Below are positions 59,933-64,000 of a stretch of DNA of 64,000 bases, piece by piece. The stretch comes from an uncultured bacterium. Its GTDB lineage: Bacteria; Bacillota; Clostridia; Oscillospirales; Oscillospiraceae. Both the position numbers and the translations under genes were made by a program. Under the pieces are notes generated by a model that worked only from the letters and a program-made list of their open reading frames with translations, had not been told where the DNA came from and did no database searches. Positions within the stretch are counted from its first letter, which is position 1; every line of letters begins with the position of its first letter. The DNA lies in the NCBI GenBank assembly GCA_947364395.1, contig CANASS010000001.1:42051-106050 (forward strand). Reading direction: 5' to 3'.

Positions 59933-60655
59933 TCAAGTGGCCTCCGGCTCCTGCCGCGCCCGCTCCTCCCGCATCCGCCGGTGGAGGCAGGCCAGCGCGT
60001 CGGACAGCCCACCCAGGTGGTCGATGAGCCCCAGCTCCACCGCCTCCTGGCCGTAGATGACGCTGCCCACGTCGGCGGCCATCTCCCCCGTGTTCAGCAT
60101 CAAGTGCTCGAAGTCCTCCCGGCTGATCCGGCTGTTCCGGGTGACAAAGTCGCAGATCCGGTCCTGGATGCGCTCAAAGTAGTGGAAGGTCTGGCTCACC
60201 CCGATAACCAGCCCGTTGAGCCGCACCGGGTGGATGGTCATGGCCCCGGAGGGGACAATGAAGGACTCCTTGGCCGCCACCGCCAGGGGCACTCCAATGG
60301 AGTGCCCGCCCCCCAGCACCAGGGACACGGTAGGCTTGCGCATCCCGGCGATCATCTCCGCGATGGCCAGCCCCGCCTCGATATCACCTCCCATGGTGTT
60401 GAGCAGGATCAGCAGGCCGTCCGCCTCGTCGCTCTCCTCCAGGCTGGCCAGAAAGGGCAGTATGTGTTCATATTTGGTGGTTTTGGCCCCGGATCGCTCC
60501 TCCTGGTGGCCCTCAATGGCGCCCACGATGGTCAGTGTGTGAATATCGCCATCCTTTGTTTTGACAGCGCTGGCCCCCATATCCACAATCTGCTGCTGCA
60601 GCTCCGGCTGCTCCTCGTTTTCATTGTTCTCCGTCGGTCTGGTGTCCTCAGTCAT
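59933..60655 (-). CDS. tepA: ClpP-family translocation-enhancing protein TepA
   Basis: KTTKYEH, LNTMGGD, GGGHSIGVP, TIHPVR. Confidence 0.9.
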   Translation of the reverse strand: MTEDTRPTENNENEEQPELQQQIVDMGASAVKTKDGDIHTLTIVGAIEGHQEERSGAKTTKYEHILPFLASLEESDEADGLLILLNTMGGDIEAGLAIAEMIAGMRKPTVSLVLGGGHSIGVPLAVAAKESFIVPSGAMTIHPVRLNGLVIGVSQTFHYFERIQDRICDFVTRNSRISREDFEHLMLNTGEMAADVGSVIYGQEAVELGLIDHLGGLSDALACLHRRMREERARQEPEAT

Positions 60656-60706
60656 GGAAAAACCCCCTTTTGCGGTAGCATTTCCGCAAAAGGGGGCCTC
60701 TATCCG

Positions 60707-61141
60707 TCACAGCGTCAATTCCATAAGGATCTCGCTTCGCTCCGCCTCGCCGGTGGGGGAAAAGCCCAGCTTCTCGTACAGCTGCCGGGCGGGCTCGTCC
60801 TCCTCCACATAACACAGGCACACCTTGGGATAACGCCCGTCAGCACGCATTATATCCAGGGCCAGACGCGCCGCCTGAAGGCCAAAGCCCCGGCGCTGAT
60901 ACCGCCGGTCAATGAACAGCTGGCTGAACACATACCGTTCCGCCTCCGGCCAGTCGTACCACAGCAGCATCCCCACAGGGGTCTCCCCATTCAGGATCAA
61001 TTTGGCCTGGCTGTTCAGCTCCCGATAGGCATACGCCCTGGCCAGAAGACGGTTGGTATCGGACACGAACCACCGCTGGTCCTCCCGAACGGTCAGCGGT
61101 TCCCGCCAATTGTCCGGGCCCACAGACACCAGCCGGACCAC
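60707..61141 (-). CDS. GNAT acetyltransferase (spermidine acetyltransferase-like)
   Basis: FIDRRYQRRGFG, LYEKLGF. Confidence 0.85.
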   Translation of the reverse strand: MVRLVSVGPDNWREPLTVREDQRWFVSDTNRLLARAYAYRELNSQAKLILNGETPVGMLLWYDWPEAERYVFSQLFIDRRYQRRGFGLQAARLALDIMRADGRYPKVCLCYVEEDEPARQLYEKLGFSPTGEAERSEILMELTL

Positions 61142-61143
61142 GC

Positions 61144-62547
61144 TCAGCTCTGATACACCGCCTTGCAGGCGGCGTAAGTCATATAGCAGTCCAGCTTGGA
61201 CACCGTCTCAAAGGGGGCGTGCATGCTCAATACGGGCACGCCCGCGTCCAGCGTGTCGATATTGCGGTTGGCCATGTAGCAGGCCACGGTGCCGCCGCCG
61301 CCCTTATCCGCCGCGCCCAGCTCGGCCATCTGCCACAAAATGCCCTTGTCGTCCAGCAGGCGGCGGACATAGGCCACCACCTCGGCCCCAGCGTCGGAGG
61401 CGCCGCTCTTGCCCCGGGCGCCGGTGTACTTGCACAGACCCACGCCATAGTTCACCCGGGCAGAGTTGTTCTTCTCGTACACGTCGGCAAAGTTGGGGTC
61501 AAAGGCGGCCGTCACGTCGGTGGACAGGCAGAAGGATTTCTCCAGGCACACCCGCAGGGGCACCCTCTGGGTGGCGCACAGGTCGCCCACAAAGGTGTCG
61601 AAAAAGGCGGACTGCATCCCGGACACACCCTCGGAACCGATCTCCTCCTTATCCGCCAACACGCACACGGCGGTGCGCATGGGAACCCCCTCCAAGTCCA
61701 GAAGGGCCTTCAGCCCGGCGTAGCCGCACACCCGGTCGTCGTGGCCGTAGGCCCCGATCAGGGAGCGGTCGAAGCCGATATCGGCGGCGTTGAAGGCGGG
61801 GACCGCCTCAATCTCCGCGGAGATGAAATCGTCCTCCCGAATGCCGTAGTGGTCGTTCAGCATCTTCATCACCGCCAGCTTCACCCGGTCCTTGCCGTCG
61901 TCATCCTTCAGGGGACGGCTGCCCACCAGGATGTTCAGGCTTTCGGCGGGAATGGCCTCCCCCAAGGGCTTCTTGGACTGCTCCGCCCCCAGGTGGGGCA
62001 ACAGGTCGTCGATGGTAAACAGGGGGTCGCCGGGGTGGGAGCCCACCAACACATTGACAATGGACCCGTCCTTCATGGCCACCACGCCCCGCAGCTCCAG
62101 GGGGATGGTCACCCACTGGTACTTACGGATGCCGCCATAATAATGGGTCTTGAAGAAGGCCAGCTCGCTGTCCTCATACAGCGGGGTGGGCTTCAGGTCC
62201 AGCCGGGGGCTGTCGATGTGGGAGGCGGAGATGGACACGCCCTGGTCCAGGGGGGTGGAGCCGATGACGGCCAGATTGACGGCCCGGTTTCGATTCACAC
62301 GGTACACCTTGGAGCCGGGGTGAAGCTCCATCCCCCGCTCCAGGGGAACAAAGCCCGCCGTCTCAGCCAGCTCCACCGCGTACTCCACGCAGCCGCGCTC
62401 CGTCTTTCCACGGTCCAAAAAGGTCTTATAGCCCTCACAGTACTCGAAAATTGCCCGCTCTGTGGCCTCGTCCACCACATCCCAGCCGTTCTTTTTCTGG
62501 GTCAGCAGCGCTTCCCGCAGCTGCTGGCCTCTGGTCTTTTCTTCCAT
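61144..62547 (-). CDS. M18 family aminopeptidase
   Basis: SHIDSPR, GHDDR, DKEEIGS, LSMHAP. Confidence 0.92.
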   Translation of the reverse strand: MEEKTRGQQLREALLTQKKNGWDVVDEATERAIFEYCEGYKTFLDRGKTERGCVEYAVELAETAGFVPLERGMELHPGSKVYRVNRNRAVNLAVIGSTPLDQGVSISASHIDSPRLDLKPTPLYEDSELAFFKTHYYGGIRKYQWVTIPLELRGVVAMKDGSIVNVLVGSHPGDPLFTIDDLLPHLGAEQSKKPLGEAIPAESLNILVGSRPLKDDDGKDRVKLAVMKMLNDHYGIREDDFISAEIEAVPAFNAADIGFDRSLIGAYGHDDRVCGYAGLKALLDLEGVPMRTAVCVLADKEEIGSEGVSGMQSAFFDTFVGDLCATQRVPLRVCLEKSFCLSTDVTAAFDPNFADVYEKNNSARVNYGVGLCKYTGARGKSGASDAGAEVVAYVRRLLDDKGILWQMAELGAADKGGGGTVACYMANRNIDTLDAGVPVLSMHAPFETVSKLDCYMTYAACKAVYQS

Positions 62548-62548
62548 G

Positions 62549-63154
62549 TCAGATATCCTCCTTGTTGATCATTTGTGTCAGCAACCTGCGGGCCCCGGCT
62601 TCCAGTTCAGCCTGGGTCCCATCGTTGCGCAGGGTATAGGTACAGTGTTCCTCAAACCAGGCCTCCGGCTTCTGGGCGGCCACCCGGCGGCGGGCGTACT
62701 CCTCCGAGATGCCCTCCCGGGCCATAATGCGCCTCACCCGGACCTCCGGGCGGGCGGTGACGGCGATGGTCGCGCCGCACAACTCCCCCGCCCCGCTCTC
62801 CAGCAGGGCGATGGCGTCCAGGGCGATGGCGGGGCGGCCCTCAGCGCCGGCCTGGGCAATACGCCGCTCCGCCTCGGCCACAACGTGCCGGTGGGTGATG
62901 GCGTTCAGATCCTCCAGCGCGGATTGATCCTCAAATACAATAACACCAAGGGCCTTTCGGCGCAAGCCGTCATTTTCATCAAAAATATCTTGACCGAACC
63001 GGGCTTTCAGCTCATTTTGCATGGAGATGTCCCTGCGGAGCAGCTCGTGGTACAAAGCGTCGCAGTCCACCACCGCCCCGCCCATATCCCGCAGCACGTT
63101 CAGCACGGTGGTTTTACCCGCCCCGGTGGGGCCGGTGATGCCGATGACGGTCAT
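62549..63154 (-). CDS. coaE: Dephospho-CoA kinase
   Basis: GITGPTGAGKTT, DCD, RRKALG. Confidence 0.92.
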   Translation of the reverse strand: MTVIGITGPTGAGKTTVLNVLRDMGGAVVDCDALYHELLRRDISMQNELKARFGQDIFDENDGLRRKALGVIVFEDQSALEDLNAITHRHVVAEAERRIAQAGAEGRPAIALDAIALLESGAGELCGATIAVTARPEVRVRRIMAREGISEEYARRRVAAQKPEAWFEEHCTYTLRNDGTQAELEAGARRLLTQMINKEDI

Positions 63155-63516
63155 GCTCCAACCCGCTCCAGCCAGGCCAGGGCCGCCCCCTCGTCGGGCT
63201 GGAAGCAGATCTGGCGGCCCTCATTGCTCTCCCGGATGAAATCCTGGAGGGGCTTGCTGGTATAGCCGTCAAAGTCCCCCACAATGGCCAGCTTCATCTG
63301 GTAATTCACAAATTTTTGCAGCACCTCCCCCGCCAGCCCGGTGGACAGACGGAAAAAGGACTCGTCCAGCTGCTCTTTAAAGAGGACAATGGCAGAACAG
63401 CCCGTCTCGTACCGGGCCGTGGCCAGCAGCTCCATGGCGGAGGAGCCGTCGGTCACAAGCACCCCCGCCTCCCGTACAATAGCGGTCTGGTTTTTAAGCT
63501 CTATGTTCATTTTCAC
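63151..63516 (-). CDS. DUF4180 family protein
   Basis: FFRLSTGLAGEVLQKFVNY, FIRESN.G. Confidence 0.85.
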   Translation of the reverse strand: MKMNIELKNQTAIVREAGVLVTDGSSAMELLATARYETGCSAIVLFKEQLDESFFRLSTGLAGEVLQKFVNYQMKLAIVGDFDGYTSKPLQDFIRESNEGRQICFQPDEGAALAWLERVGA

Positions 63517-63527
63517 TCAAGTTCCTT

Positions 63528-64000
63528 TCAATTATTCTCAAGCCTGCCGGGGCCCAGCACGGCCGCCAGCCTCTCCCGGCTCAGCCCCCCCTGGCGCAGA
63601 ACACGATAGGGCAGGCTGGTCAAGTCCAAAATGGTAGACTCCACCCCCACGCCGCAGGACCCGCCGTCCAGCACCGCGTCGATTTTGCCGACCAGCTGGC
63701 CCAGCACGTCTCCAGCGGACTTGGGGCTGGGCCTGCCCGACAGATTGGCAGAGGGGCAGGCTAGCGGACGGCCCAGCGCCCGAATCACATCCAGCGTATC
63801 GGGGTGATCGGGGCAGCGCACTCCCTGGGTGTCTCCCCCGGCGGTAACGACGGGGGGCAGGGTCCCGTTCCCCCGCAAAATCATGGTCAGCGGCCCAGGC
63901 CAGAAGGCCTCCGCCAGCTTGTACGCCTCCTCCGGGATATCCCGGCAGACGGTCTCCACCATGTCCATTCCGTCCACCAACACGTTCAGGGGCTTGGTCT
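63528..64000 (-). CDS. tsaC: L-threonylcarbamoyladenylate synthase (Sua5/TsaC), 3' part
   Basis: FWPGPLT, RCPDH, PSANLSG, ESTILD. Confidence 0.92.
   Translation of the reverse strand, partial: TKPLNVLVDGMDMVETVCRDIPEEAYKLAEAFWPGPLTMILRGNGTLPPVVTAGGDTQGVRCPDHPDTLDVIRALGRPLACPSANLSGRPSPKSAGDVLGQLVGKIDAVLDGGSCGVGVESTILDLTSLPYRVLRQGGLSRERLAAVLGPGRLENN

Noticed and set aside
59933..60655. Second housekeeping clpP
   Set aside because: The motifs KTTKYEH and GGGHSIGVP identify TepA.
1..64000. CRISPR arrays, transposases, integrases, prophage or defence genes
   Set aside because: No spaced direct repeats or recognisable genes of these classes were found by eye.

Overview
High-GC Clostridia chromosome segment, inferred to be Oscillospiraceae-like from PolC, spoIVFA/B, tepA and gene context. 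Almost all genes lie on the minus strand. Core content: purB, tRNA-Gln(CTG), the tig-clpP-clpX-lon-engB block, thrC, rplS-rbgA-rnhB-yraN, spoIVFAB, tRNA-Gly(CCC), a his operon lacking hisC, polC, pyrH-frr-uppS-cdsA-dxr-rasP-ispG, a divergently oriented rpsB-tsf pair, tgt, FMN riboswitch-ribU, xth, an RluA-family synthase, tepA, an M18 aminopeptidase, coaE and tsaC. The accessory region (~38.9-53.6 kb) holds the best candidate for an undescribed system: a 7-gene operon with a TetR regulator and a perfect palindromic candidate operator, an 891-aa Fe-S flavoprotein resembling the putative isoprene reductase IsrA, an orphan HypA nickel chaperone, a CrtI/RetSat-family flavoprotein, an FNR-[2Fe-2S] reductase and two divergent DUF5692-type membrane proteins. 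I infer a C=C reduction/isomerisation (biohydrogenation) pathway for lipophilic polyenes. The same region has an ECF sigma/anti-sigma pair and a decaying exosporium locus (GT2-TPR, a frameshifted BclA-like gene lacking its collagen repeat, an intact paralog and a relic). Also noted: a stand-alone 26-aa microprotein unit, a candidate HisR operator, a leader-peptide-preceded Vat/CatB gene and an RBS-sequestering hairpin at tepA. No CRISPR array, transposase, integrase or prophage gene was seen. All family calls come from motif recognition, not database searches.
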